DNA from: Flavobacteriaceae bacterium
Lineage (GTDB): Bacteria; Bacteroidota; Bacteroidia; Flavobacteriales; Flavobacteriaceae
Length of the DNA stretch: 59,965 bases
Assembly (NCBI GenBank): GCA_034110725.1
Contig: JAWUYQ010000068.1
Location: 1 to 59,965, forward strand
Direction of reading: 5' to 3'
Numbering within the stretch: the first letter of the stretch is position 1; every line of letters starts with the position of its first letter. Below the pieces are notes generated by a model that had not been told where the DNA came from, did no database searches, and saw only the letters and a program-made list of their open reading frames with translations. The position numbers were made by a program, and so were the translations under genes. Of this stretch, positions 47,110 to 56,533 are shown in pieces.

Positions 47110-48258
47110 TTATAAACCTCTAGTCCATCCTGAAGTCCATGTTGGTGCTTGAGCTCCATTTCCTGCTCCAGAATTTGTTCCTTCTATTAAATAACTAGAG
47201 TTTAGACCTTGGTATTGACTTTTAGTAGTAACGCTAGAGCTAAACTGAATGTTATTAAAAGTAATATTCCCATTATCAACATTTGTGTTTGCAGCTGGGT
47301 CAGTTGCCACATCTTTAATTTTAATTCCTAGTTCAAAACCAGAGATAAAAATATTTGAAGCTGTCCAGTTTCCTCCACCTTCTTTAATGTATAATGCACC
47401 TTCAGAACCAGTATCAATTATTGAGATATCTTTTAATATTGCAGATGTTTTTGGGGTCGCATTTCCATTGTCGCCATTGTTTGATCCTTCAATTCCTGCT
47501 TTAGTTCCTTGATTAATGTACCAGTATTGACCAGTTCCAGCCCATCCATCAGCAAAATCAATTGAATCATCACCACTAGCAGTAGATACTAAGTATTTAC
47601 CATTAACAGTTCCTCCAAAGAATTCAATTCCATCATCACCACCATGGTAAGATTGTACATATTCAAATGTTGTACCTGCTCCAACAGCAAATAATGATAC
47701 ACCATTAAATTCTTTAGTTGCGCTAAAATTAGCACCAGTATATTCAACTCTTAAATATTTAATTGTTCCTGAGTTGTCATTTACATCAGATCCTCCATAA
47801 GTTAAATCAGATACTTCAGCTGTAGCTGTTTCACCGTCTGCTCCAGCTTTATTTGTAGGTGCGTGACCACAAATAACTAAACCACCCCAGTCTCCTGCTG
47901 CTGGATTAGCACTTGCAGAAGTCATAACTACAGGTTCTGTAGCACTACCTAGAATATCTATTTTTGCTCCTTGTGCAACTGCAATGTATGAACTTGTTCC
48001 TCCAGACGCCTCAATAGTTGTCCCAGCAGGAATTACCAATTTGGCTCCATTGTTAACAATTAATGCTCCAGTTAAATTATATGTTTTTGTTGCATCTAAA
48101 GTAACAGTCCCACTATTTATATCCCCTTTAAAGTTAGTTGGGTCAGCAGTAAAAGCGTTAGTAGAAACTGGAGCTACAATATTATTAGAGTCGTCATCTG
48201 AACAACTTGTGAAGATTGTAGTCGCTGCAATAGCTAATAATAGAATTGAATTTTTCAT
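47110..48258 (-). CDS. surface lipoprotein with a Gly/Asp-rich beta-helix-like repeat domain
   Basis: Lipobox (TIFTSC). Repeated G-x-G/DD motifs (WGGLVICG, YGGSDVNDNSG, GGDDGIEFFGG, SGDDSIDFADGW). It lies adjacent to a TonB-dependent receptor. Function unknown. Confidence 0.7.
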   Translation of the reverse strand: MKNSILLLAIAATTIFTSCSDDDSNNIVAPVSTNAFTADPTNFKGDINSGTVTLDATKTYNLTGALIVNNGAKLVIPAGTTIEASGGTSSYIAVAQGAKIDILGSATEPVVMTSASANPAAGDWGGLVICGHAPTNKAGADGETATAEVSDLTYGGSDVNDNSGTIKYLRVEYTGANFSATKEFNGVSLFAVGAGTTFEYVQSYHGGDDGIEFFGGTVNGKYLVSTASGDDSIDFADGWAGTGQYWYINQGTKAGIEGSNNGDNGNATPKTSAILKDISIIDTGSEGALYIKEGGGNWTASNIFISGFELGIKIKDVATDPAANTNVDNGNITFNNIQFSSSVTTKSQYQGLNSSYLIEGTNSGAGNGAQAPTWTSGWTRGL

Positions 48259-48360
48259 TTTTTTTAAGTTTTATATTTGTTGTTAATTACACTACAAATT
48301 AAGAGTATTAATAAGGTTCAAGGTTTACCAAATCGTCAACCATTTGTTAAGTATTACAAA

Positions 48361-48382
48361 TGAATGTTAACTTAAGGTAAAG
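48361..48382 (-). promoter_or_regulatory. Pho-box-like tandem upstream of the lipoprotein gene
   Basis: The + strand reads TGAATGTTAAC-TTAAGGTAAAG (cores 11 bp apart), 18/22 identical to the porin tandem TTAATGTTAAC-TTAATGTTAAG. A TTTGTAGTG element like the one at pstS lies at 48290-48298. Confidence 0.3.
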
Positions 48383-48393
48383 AGTGATATAAC

Positions 48394-48425
48394 AAAAAAA
48401 GACTAGTATTGAACTAGTCTTTTTT
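48394..48425 (-). terminator. rho-independent terminator between the TonB-dependent receptor and the lipoprotein gene
   Basis: 8-bp stem 48400-48407/48413-48420 with flanking A6 and T5. Confidence 0.6.
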
Positions 48426-48445
48426 GCTATGATGTGATTTGAGTT

Positions 48446-51217
48446 TTAAAACAGATTGTATTTTAATGATAGGCTTGCATTGACACCTCTTTTAAAAGAT
48501 TTAACTGAAACTTTTCCTGTTTCATTATCTTGGTGTCTTTTTATATCTGAATCTAAGATGTTTTTTATAGATACTCCTGCGCTTAAACGTTTACTTATTT
48601 TTGATTTTAGAATAATATCCATTGTAAATAGACCTTCATTTACTAGGTCTCCTTTTCCTGCAGATCCAATTGCATACAAACTTTCAGAAGTATAATTACC
48701 TACTATTGTCGCTAAAAAGTTTGTGTTTTTACTAACTTCTTTGAAAAAACTAATATCACTATTAAGTAAAACTTCAGATGCACCTGTTAACTTTCCGCTT
48801 TCATTTGTGAAATTTACATTTAAATCAGTTTCCTGAGTAACTTTGATTTTATCAAAATCTTGTTCGGAAACCATAAATGCACCGTTGAACCCAAATGATA
48901 ATTTGTTATTCAATACCGAATCATCTCTTGTTGTTGTATTGTTTATGATGTCTTTTTTAAATTCTAATTCAGCCCCATAAATAGTTGCTTGTTTTCCTGA
49001 GTTCACCCATGATATATCATTTGTAGCAGAAGCAACAATAGTTTCATTTATAGGATTTTGAATTAATTTACCAAAACCAGTTACTGAAATTACTTCTCCA
49101 GATTTTGGGAAATATTCCCATCTTAGGTCTGCATTATAATTAGTAGAGGAATATAAGTTTGGGTTTCCAAATTTTGATCCTTCAATATCTTCATATAAAA
49201 AGGGAGCTCTTTCCTTAAATTGAGGTAAAGTATATGATTTACTTCCTGCAATTTTTAAATTTTGTTTTTCAGTTAATTCATATTTAAGAGAAATATTAGG
49301 CATAACTTCAACTTTATCAAATGAATTTTCATCCCCTGGATCAAGAGAAGTAACCCATTCAATCTCTTGAGTAATTTGCTCTGCTCTAACTCCAATTATA
49401 GTAGTTAATTTAGGGTTTATTAAATACTGAATATTTCCAAAACCACTGTTAATTGTTTGCGTTCCACTATATGTTTGAGGATCTAAAGCATTTTGATTAT
49501 TAAAATCTCCTTTAAAAGTTTTTATTTTGAAGTAACCAGCATCTAAGTTTGTTTGATTGAAATAAGCATCTAGATTATTGATGTCAACATTTGGTTGGTT
49601 AATGGATCTATTGATTGCAAAATTAAATTGAGTTGCTTCAAGATCTACGGTTTTAAATCTTCCACTATATCCAAAAGTGAATTTACCTTTGTACCCATCA
49701 TCTTCATTTTTAGAAAAGCGATAACTACTTTCAATATTTGCCGCAAACTCATTTTCGTTTAATTCTTCAAAATAACGATGACTGTTAGAGTCTGAAATGT
49801 CAGAAACTGTTTTTGGTGATGTAAGTGGGTTGTTATTATCAGTTGGAACTAGCATTACCTGCCTTCTGTCTGGAGTGTTGTTTAAAACAGAATTATAACC
49901 TAAAGCCCAATTTAAGTTGATTCGATTATTAAATTTATGCTCTCCTAAAAGTTGATTAACCATTAATTGAGTTTTATTAAAAGCGGAACGTCTTATAAAT
50001 CCACCTCCATTTTCTGCATTATCAAATATATTAATTGTTCCAATATAATCACTTAAATTTTGCTTTGAAGAGTTAATAAAAAGGGAGCTAGTTTTTATAA
50101 TGTTTTTAGGGTTGAATTTATATTCAAGATTCAACATTCCTGTAGTGTTTGTTTCGTAAGAAAATGATTCATACGAATAATCAGAACTAGCTACACCGTT
50201 TGTATTTACATTTCCTTTGGTATTTCCTTTAACATAACTATAGTTATTTGAGAAAGAAGCAGTGGTGAAAACACTTAATCTATGACTGTTTTTAAAGTTG
50301 AATTTGGTTCCCCCAGTTATAGAAAAATCTTGATTAAAAGGAGATTTAGTTTCTTTATCCAAACTTGTTGTGAATTTATAACCAGACAATGGGTTATTTG
50401 GTTGCTTTTGATTGTAAAAGCCAAAATAATTTGGACCATCTTGTAAATAGAATTTTTCAGAATTAATAGCATTAAAGTTGTAGCCGCTACCATAACCAAT
50501 TTTTAAGGTCCCTTTTCCATGATGGTTTTTAGACGCTATATTTACATTAGCACCTCCAAAATCACCATAAATTTTATTGCTGTAAATTTTATTGATATCT
50601 ATATATTCCACAATATCTGTAGAGAATATATCTAGAGAAATATTTTTTCTTGATGGGTTATTAGATGGTAATGGTAAACCATTTAAGGTTGTTGAATTAT
50701 AACGATCACCTAAACCCCTAACAAAAATGGTTTTAGAGCCTTCTTGTTTTGAAATACCTGAGGCTTTGGTGATAGCTGTTGCAACATCAGAAACTCCTTT
50801 TTTGGCTAATTCTTGTGCTCCGATTTGTTGTTTAATTTCAACAGCTTTTTTCTGTGCAATTAATAAAGTATTTTCTTTTTCTCTACTGGTTTCTGCTACA
50901 ATAACTACTTGTTCTAAAAGATTCGCTTCTAAGGTTTTATTTATAGTTTTGTTTTCGCTTAGTATAACATTTTCTTTTGTAGAGTTATATCCTACATAAC
51001 TATATTCTAAAGTATAGGTTCCGGGGTATACTTCTAAAGTATAATTACCATCAAAATCCGTTTGTGCACCGGTAGCCGTTCCGCTTATTATAACTGTTGC
51101 TCCTAATAAAGGTTCGTTATCCATTTCTCCATCTAAAACTTTTCCCGATATTTGAACTTTATCTTGTGCAAGAGCAATAGTTGTAAATAGGGAAATTAGT
51201 AATAATAATTTTTTCAT
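48446..51217 (-). CDS. TonB-dependent receptor with an N-terminal carboxypeptidase-regulatory-like domain
   Basis: Signal peptide, a CarboxypepD_reg domain (GKVLD....LLGATVII.GT..G..TDFDGNYTL), plug, a 22-strand barrel pattern and a terminal F. Confidence 0.9.
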   Translation of the reverse strand: MKKLLLLISLFTTIALAQDKVQISGKVLDGEMDNEPLLGATVIISGTATGAQTDFDGNYTLEVYPGTYTLEYSYVGYNSTKENVILSENKTINKTLEANLLEQVVIVAETSREKENTLLIAQKKAVEIKQQIGAQELAKKGVSDVATAITKASGISKQEGSKTIFVRGLGDRYNSTTLNGLPLPSNNPSRKNISLDIFSTDIVEYIDINKIYSNKIYGDFGGANVNIASKNHHGKGTLKIGYGSGYNFNAINSEKFYLQDGPNYFGFYNQKQPNNPLSGYKFTTSLDKETKSPFNQDFSITGGTKFNFKNSHRLSVFTTASFSNNYSYVKGNTKGNVNTNGVASSDYSYESFSYETNTTGMLNLEYKFNPKNIIKTSSLFINSSKQNLSDYIGTINIFDNAENGGGFIRRSAFNKTQLMVNQLLGEHKFNNRINLNWALGYNSVLNNTPDRRQVMLVPTDNNNPLTSPKTVSDISDSNSHRYFEELNENEFAANIESSYRFSKNEDDGYKGKFTFGYSGRFKTVDLEATQFNFAINRSINQPNVDINNLDAYFNQTNLDAGYFKIKTFKGDFNNQNALDPQTYSGTQTINSGFGNIQYLINPKLTTIIGVRAEQITQEIEWVTSLDPGDENSFDKVEVMPNISLKYELTEKQNLKIAGSKSYTLPQFKERAPFLYEDIEGSKFGNPNLYSSTNYNADLRWEYFPKSGEVISVTGFGKLIQNPINETIVASATNDISWVNSGKQATIYGAELEFKKDIINNTTTRDDSVLNNKLSFGFNGAFMVSEQDFDKIKVTQETDLNVNFTNESGKLTGASEVLLNSDISFFKEVSKNTNFLATIVGNYTSESLYAIGSAGKGDLVNEGLFTMDIILKSKISKRLSAGVSIKNILDSDIKRHQDNETGKVSVKSFKRGVNASLSLKYNLF

Positions 51218-51355
51218 TTTTTGCTGTGTTTATTTTCTTTGCAAAGAAAAACTAAGCTTGTTGTTCTAATATTACTGTTGTATAACCGTTGTGTTATTGT
51301 ATTGTAAAAGAATATGCTTAATTATTAAATTAATGTTAATTGTAAAAATTAAAGT

Positions 51356-52690
51356 ATGATGAATTGGGATCAACTATTATCGTTGAAGCGATATGGTGAC
51401 ACAAATAAACGACTACGTAAAGAGCAGAATGAAAATAGATTAGGTTTTGAAGTAGATTATGATAGAATAATATTTTCATCAGCGTTTAGATCTTTACAAG
51501 ATAAAACTCAGGTAATCCCTTTATCAAAAACCGGTTTTGTACATACAAGATTGACACATAGTTTAGAGGTTTCGGTTGTTGCTAGATCATTGGGTAGATC
51601 AGTTGGTAATGAATTGTTAAAAAAGTATCCGCATTTAGAACATGATTTAGGATATAAGTCAAACGATTTTGGTGCAATTACTGCAACTGCAGCTTTGGCA
51701 CATGATATTGGAAACCCACCTTTTGGACATTCAGGAGAACAATCAATTGGAGAGTTTTTTAGGACAGGTGCCGGATTAGTATTTAAAGAAGGGTTGACAG
51801 ATAAGCAATATCAAGATTTAGTTAGTTTTGAGGGGAATGCAAATGGATTCAAAATTCTGACAGAAAAGAATGAAGCCTTACGTTTATCCTATGCAACTCT
51901 AGGAGCTTTTATGAAGTATCCAAAAGAGTCGCTTCCAGTAAAGCAGACTGCTCATATAGCTGATAAAAAATATGGTTTCTTTCAAGACGATAAAGCTTTG
52001 TTTCAGGATGTGGCTATGGATTTAGGTTTGTTGCAAACAAGAGAAGGGGAAACCATTAGTTATTCGCGACATCCACTTACTTTTTTAGTAGAAGCAGCAG
52101 ATGATATTTGTTATACTATAATTGATTTTGAAGATGGGATTAATCTTGGTTTAATAGATGAAGAATTTGCTTTGGAATACTTGATTAACCTAGTTAAGAA
52201 AACGATTAATATAGATACCTATAAATCGTTAACAACTACAAAAACAAGAGTTGCCTACTTAAGAGCATTAGCCATAAGTTCATTAATTACAGAAGCTGTA
52301 TCAGTTTTCATGAAAAATGAAGACGCTATTTTAAAAGGAGAATTCAGTCACGGATTACTTGACAAATGTGTGTACGAACCTCAAATAAATGATATTATAA
52401 AAATAAGCATTGACAAAATTTACGAAAGTGATGAGGTCATTGAAAAGGAATTAGTTGGGTATAGTGTATTGTCTAAATTATTGGAAGTGTTTACTACTGC
52501 TGTAAATAATAAAGCTTCGGGGAAAGAAACTAATTATGATAAATTAATATTAAAAACCTTACCAGAAGTTGAAGGTTTCTTTAGTGACGATTTATATAAA
52601 CGCTTATTAAGCGTATCTAGTTATGTTGCTTCATTGACTGATAGTAATGCATTGTTGTTGTACAGAAAGTTGTCAGGAATGGCTGTTTAG
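51356..52690 (+). CDS. dgt: dGTP triphosphohydrolase-like HD-domain protein
   Basis: RxxF..DYDRIIFS.AFR.L..KTQV, HD motifs (TRLTHSLEV, AHDIGNPPFGH) and DDICY. Confidence 0.85.
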   Translation: MMNWDQLLSLKRYGDTNKRLRKEQNENRLGFEVDYDRIIFSSAFRSLQDKTQVIPLSKTGFVHTRLTHSLEVSVVARSLGRSVGNELLKKYPHLEHDLGYKSNDFGAITATAALAHDIGNPPFGHSGEQSIGEFFRTGAGLVFKEGLTDKQYQDLVSFEGNANGFKILTEKNEALRLSYATLGAFMKYPKESLPVKQTAHIADKKYGFFQDDKALFQDVAMDLGLLQTREGETISYSRHPLTFLVEAADDICYTIIDFEDGINLGLIDEEFALEYLINLVKKTINIDTYKSLTTTKTRVAYLRALAISSLITEAVSVFMKNEDAILKGEFSHGLLDKCVYEPQINDIIKISIDKIYESDEVIEKELVGYSVLSKLLEVFTTAVNNKASGKETNYDKLILKTLPEVEGFFSDDLYKRLLSVSSYVASLTDSNALLLYRKLSGMAV

Positions 52691-52712
52691 TTTAAAGGCA
52701 AATTAATTTCAT

Positions 52713-52750
52713 AAAAAAAGCGTAACATCACTGTTACGCTTTTATTTTTT
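52713..52750. terminator. bidirectional rho-independent terminator
   Basis: 9-bp stem 52719-52727/52733-52741 flanked by A7 and a T-rich run, between convergent dgt and csp. Confidence 0.7.
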
Positions 52751-52765
52751 GAAAAAGATAATAAA

Positions 52766-52960
52766 TTATCCGATAACTTCTACATTAGTAGCTACTTTTC
52801 CTTTTTTTCCGTCTTCTTCAACATATTCTACTTTGTCTCCTTCGTTAAGAGAATCTCCTTCGATTGCTGTAACGTGAACAAAGATGTCTTGTCCTGTTGC
52901 GTCGTCTGTAATGAATCCAAATCCTTTAGAGTCATTAAAAAATTTTACTGTACCTGTCAT
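52766..52960 (-). CDS. cold-shock protein (CspA family)
   Basis: 64 aa with RNP1 KGFGFI and RNP2 DIFVH. Confidence 0.9.
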   Translation of the reverse strand: MTGTVKFFNDSKGFGFITDDATGQDIFVHVTAIEGDSLNEGDKVEYVEEDGKKGKVATNVEVIG

Positions 52961-53030
52961 TTTAATTGTATTATGATAATAATTGATGCAAATGTAGTCT
53001 TTATTTTTTACCGTACAACTTGTTTCAAGT

Positions 53031-53276
53031 TTAATCTATAAAGGTTTCAGCTTCGTCTTTTATTTTTTTAATGGTTTCATTGGTAATCATATACTTTTTA
53101 ATATCATTGTTTTTGTATCGATGAAACATAAATAATGGCATCCATACTAAAAAGAAGCCTATAACTGCTATGCCGATTAATTTATGTCCTAATAGTTCGT
53201 CATCTGACTTTATATAATATCCATAACTAATAGATATAAGAATGACTGAAAATATAATGTAAAGAATGTACTTCAT
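53031..53276 (-). CDS. small two-TM membrane protein
   Basis: 81-aa ORF with two hydrophobic helices, 9 nt downstream of the M1 peptidase gene. Confidence 0.4.
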   Translation of the reverse strand: MKYILYIIFSVILISISYGYYIKSDDELLGHKLIGIAVIGFFLVWMPLFMFHRYKNNDIKKYMITNETIKKIKDEAETFID

Positions 53277-53285
53277 GTTATATAG

Positions 53286-55154
53286 TTAGTTTTTAAAATC
53301 TAATAATACATCAATAGTATTTGATGTAACTGAATGGTAATTAGCACGAGATTTTTTATAAATCGCATTAGCTTCCTCCAATTTGTTACTTTTTTTATAC
53401 GCTTTAAAAATAGTAGTTACATACCAACGACGTCCAACATTAATTAAAAATTCTTCAATTTTATGATCAATATTATTGCCTCTATAATTGTGTAATATTG
53501 ATTGCTCAAACCAAACCATAGTAATATATGAGTTTGTAGAATTGGTTAAATTATAGGCTTTATCAAACATTACAAAATGTTTAAGTTCCATGTTTTTAGG
53601 GAAGTTTCTAATAAAATGGACCCATTCCTGTGGAGTCCAATCCTTAGTTATTGTCGTATCGACTGTATTGTTTTTAATAGATTGTTGTAACGTTTGTTCT
53701 ACAATTTTAAATCTATCAGAAACAATAGATACTTGATTATTTGGTATTCCAGGTTTGTAAATCCATTCGTTAGTATTAAACGTAGTATTGTTTTTAACTA
53801 ATAAGTTTTCGTTTAAATATGTGATAAATTTTTCTGTGTGCATTGTTGAAAATGCATGAGTCTGAAAGTAGTCTTTTAAGAAAACATCAAACTTTTCACG
53901 ACCAACAGTTTTTTCTAAAGTTCGTAGAAAAAGATATCCTTTGTCGTATGCAATACTATTCATCCCGTCATCAGGGTTTCTACCTTCAAGATCTAATTTC
54001 AGTTTAGTATCGTTTGGTGTATCTTTAAAACCTTCTAGTTCATCATCTAAATCTTGGCGACCAATTAAAGCCAACATTTCAGCTCTTTCTTTACCATAAA
54101 GCGCTTCCATGATTCTGATTTCAAAATAAACTGTAAAGCCTTCATTTAACCAGAAATCTTCCCAAGTAGCATTAGTAACTAAATTTCCTGACCAAGAATG
54201 TGCTAATTCATGAGCAACAAGAGAAGTTAAACTTTTATCACCAGCAATAACGGTAGGAGTTGCAAAAGTTAATCTTGGGTTTTCCATCCCTCCAAAAGGG
54301 AAACTAGGGGGTAATACAATAACATCAAACTGATCCCATGCATATTTTCCATATAGTTTTTCTGCAGTAGCTACCATTTTTTCCATATCAGAAAATTCAG
54401 CATGCACTTTTGCTAACATTGATTTTTCAGCATAAACACCAGTACGATTACTGATTGATTTATATTCCACATCTCCAACAGCTAAAGCAATTAAGTATGG
54501 AGAAATAGGTTGCTTCATTTTAAAATGATACACACCATCAATAGTCTTTTCTTTAGGGTTTTCAGCACTCATAACTGCCATTAGTTCAGACGGAACTTTT
54601 ACAGTAGCATTATAAGTAACCCTAATTTGTGGGCTATCCTGAATTGGAATCCATGTTCTAGTAAGAATTGCTTGCCCTTGTGTGAATAGAAACGGATGTT
54701 TTTTATCAGCAGTTTGTTGCGGGTTTAACCACTGTAATGCTTCTGTTTTAGCAGTAGTATTATAGTAAATAGTTATGTTTTTAGTTTCAGGAGTGATGTC
54801 TATTTTTAAAGACTGTCCTAAGTTTTTATTAAATTCTCCTAAAGTAAATTTGGTTTCTTTTCCATCAGCTTCAGCTTTTTGAATATCTAAAAACTTACTA
54901 TCTAAAATAATTTCAGTAGCGTTATTGTTCTCTATACTATAAGAAGCAGTTCCGCTAATGACTTCTTTTTCAAAATCAACATCAATATCTAAGTTCAAGT
55001 GTTTAACAACCGCATTATTTGGTTGCGCATATGAGTGTGCTTCAGTAACGTATTTTGGTGTTGTTATTTTTTCAATTTCTTTAGTTTCCTTTGGAGAGTT
55101 ACAACTTGTAGAAAACAAGATGATACTGCTTAATATAGTGGTTATTTTTTTCAT
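53286..55154 (-). CDS. M1 family aminopeptidase (LTA4-hydrolase-like), lipoprotein
   Basis: Lipobox (LFSTSC), GGMEN exopeptidase motif, HELAHSWSGN (HExxH) and WLNEGFTVY (the distal Glu). Confidence 0.9.
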   Translation of the reverse strand: MKKITTILSSIILFSTSCNSPKETKEIEKITTPKYVTEAHSYAQPNNAVVKHLNLDIDVDFEKEVISGTASYSIENNNATEIILDSKFLDIQKAEADGKETKFTLGEFNKNLGQSLKIDITPETKNITIYYNTTAKTEALQWLNPQQTADKKHPFLFTQGQAILTRTWIPIQDSPQIRVTYNATVKVPSELMAVMSAENPKEKTIDGVYHFKMKQPISPYLIALAVGDVEYKSISNRTGVYAEKSMLAKVHAEFSDMEKMVATAEKLYGKYAWDQFDVIVLPPSFPFGGMENPRLTFATPTVIAGDKSLTSLVAHELAHSWSGNLVTNATWEDFWLNEGFTVYFEIRIMEALYGKERAEMLALIGRQDLDDELEGFKDTPNDTKLKLDLEGRNPDDGMNSIAYDKGYLFLRTLEKTVGREKFDVFLKDYFQTHAFSTMHTEKFITYLNENLLVKNNTTFNTNEWIYKPGIPNNQVSIVSDRFKIVEQTLQQSIKNNTVDTTITKDWTPQEWVHFIRNFPKNMELKHFVMFDKAYNLTNSTNSYITMVWFEQSILHNYRGNNIDHKIEEFLINVGRRWYVTTIFKAYKKSNKLEEANAIYKKSRANYHSVTSNTIDVLLDFKN

Positions 55155-55155
55155 T

Positions 55156-55968
55156 TTATTGTTTTTTAGTTAAGCGCTTTTTCAAAAGTAATAAATCTTC
55201 TATATATATCTGACGTAGTGCTTCAACGTAAGCTCTGTAATTATAATACCCTTCTTTGTAATTAGTTATGGCTAAGTTAACAAAATTGAGAGCCTCTGCT
55301 GTATTACCTTGTTTTTCTAAAATTAAAGCTTTGTAATAATTACCGTCAGCGTAATTATTATTGGTGTATTTTAATAACTTATCGAAGCTTAATAGTGCTA
55401 ACGAATCATTTTTGTTTTCATAATGAGCAATTCCTTCGTATAGAAAAGCAGTAACTTCAACCCAATCTTCACCAGTATCTTTTGTTTCCTTTTCAATATA
55501 CTTATCAAAATAACGTATTGAGTTTTTATAATCTTTCAAACCTAGGTAAGCTATCCCTCTCCAGTAATCTACACTATGCCCTTGCGGTGCATCAATAAAG
55601 TTAGGGGTAAGTATATCCGAAGCGTCAAAATCGGCTATTGCTTTTTTATAATCTCTGTAGAACCATAAATAGTTATAACCTCTATAGCCTTGCCACTCTT
55701 GGGCGTCTAATTCAATGGATTTATCCATATGTGTTTTCCACAAATGAGGTATGCCTCTCTTTAAGTAAGGAATGGATAATTCTCTATAGGCTTCAGAATT
55801 AGTACTGTCTAACTCAGTAACTTTTTTTAATGCATTTAAACTTCGTGAGCTTCCTTGATAATTTTTTCCATACTCAAGTATTGCAAGAGGATCTTCCTCT
55901 TTAACTCTACATGAAACGATGAGTAATAAAAATAAAATACTAAGGAATAATTTCGGTGATTTCTCCAT
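55156..55968 (-). CDS. TPR-repeat lipoprotein
   Basis: Lipobox (LLIVSC) and several TPR-like A..Y/W..G.AY repeats. Confidence 0.65.
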   Translation of the reverse strand: MEKSPKLFLSILFLLLIVSCRVKEEDPLAILEYGKNYQGSSRSLNALKKVTELDSTNSEAYRELSIPYLKRGIPHLWKTHMDKSIELDAQEWQGYRGYNYLWFYRDYKKAIADFDASDILTPNFIDAPQGHSVDYWRGIAYLGLKDYKNSIRYFDKYIEKETKDTGEDWVEVTAFLYEGIAHYENKNDSLALLSFDKLLKYTNNNYADGNYYKALILEKQGNTAEALNFVNLAITNYKEGYYNYRAYVEALRQIYIEDLLLLKKRLTKKQ

Positions 55969-56485
55969 TTTCTATTCGGTATGAAATATACATATATGAA
56001 TCTCTATATTCGTCATGAGTGAAATTAGGGTTCCATTTTTTTAATTGAGTTGTAAGTTTAAAAAGTTGCTCTACAATTTCAGGGTTAAATTTCTTAGGTT
56101 TTAAATCTAAGTCGTTTTCATGAATTAAATACCTTCCTGCTTCTCCTTTACAATTAATTATAAAACGAATATTTAAATATCCCGAATCAGTAAAATTATT
56201 GTTTTTGAAACTTGTAAGAATAAATTCCCTTAGCCCATTCTTTCCTTTGCTATAGGTAGCTCTTTCAGGATTGTAGTATTGTAAAATAAAATTTTCGTCA
56301 CAAACTACGAACCCTTCGTTTAAAAGAGAATTTTCAGGATCAATATAGTGAGCAGAATGTTCATAAACACCTTCTTTAGGAAAGTGTTTCGGTTTTAATT
56401 GATTGTTCATGTTAAGTACTAACAGAACATATACTATTATTAATAGACTAATTAGAATGCCTATTATTTTTAAAGCTTTAATCAT
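55940..56485 (-). CDS. membrane-anchored hypothetical protein
   Basis: N-terminal TM followed by a ~150-aa globular domain. It overlaps the next gene by 29 nt. Confidence 0.5.
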   Translation of the reverse strand: MIKALKIIGILISLLIIVYVLLVLNMNNQLKPKHFPKEGVYEHSAHYIDPENSLLNEGFVVCDENFILQYYNPERATYSKGKNGLREFILTSFKNNNFTDSGYLNIRFIINCKGEAGRYLIHENDLDLKPKKFNPEIVEQLFKLTTQLKKWNPNFTHDEYRDSYMYISYRIENGEITEIIP

Positions 56486-56505
56486 AAAATAGTTAAAGGA
56501 AATAA

Positions 56506-56529
56506 ATAACCCTGCAATTGCAGGGTTAT
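56506..56529 (-). terminator. hairpin after aspS (possible terminator or attenuator)
   Basis: Perfect 10-bp palindrome ATAACCCTGC-AATT-GCAGGGTTAT, followed on the minus strand by only moderately T-rich sequence. Confidence 0.5.
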
Positions 56530-56533
56530 GGTT

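Noticed and set aside
47249-48286. + strand ORFs (87 and 100 aa) within the lipoprotein gene
   Set aside because: They are antisense shadow ORFs of a 382-aa lipoprotein gene that has a clear lipobox and repeat motifs.
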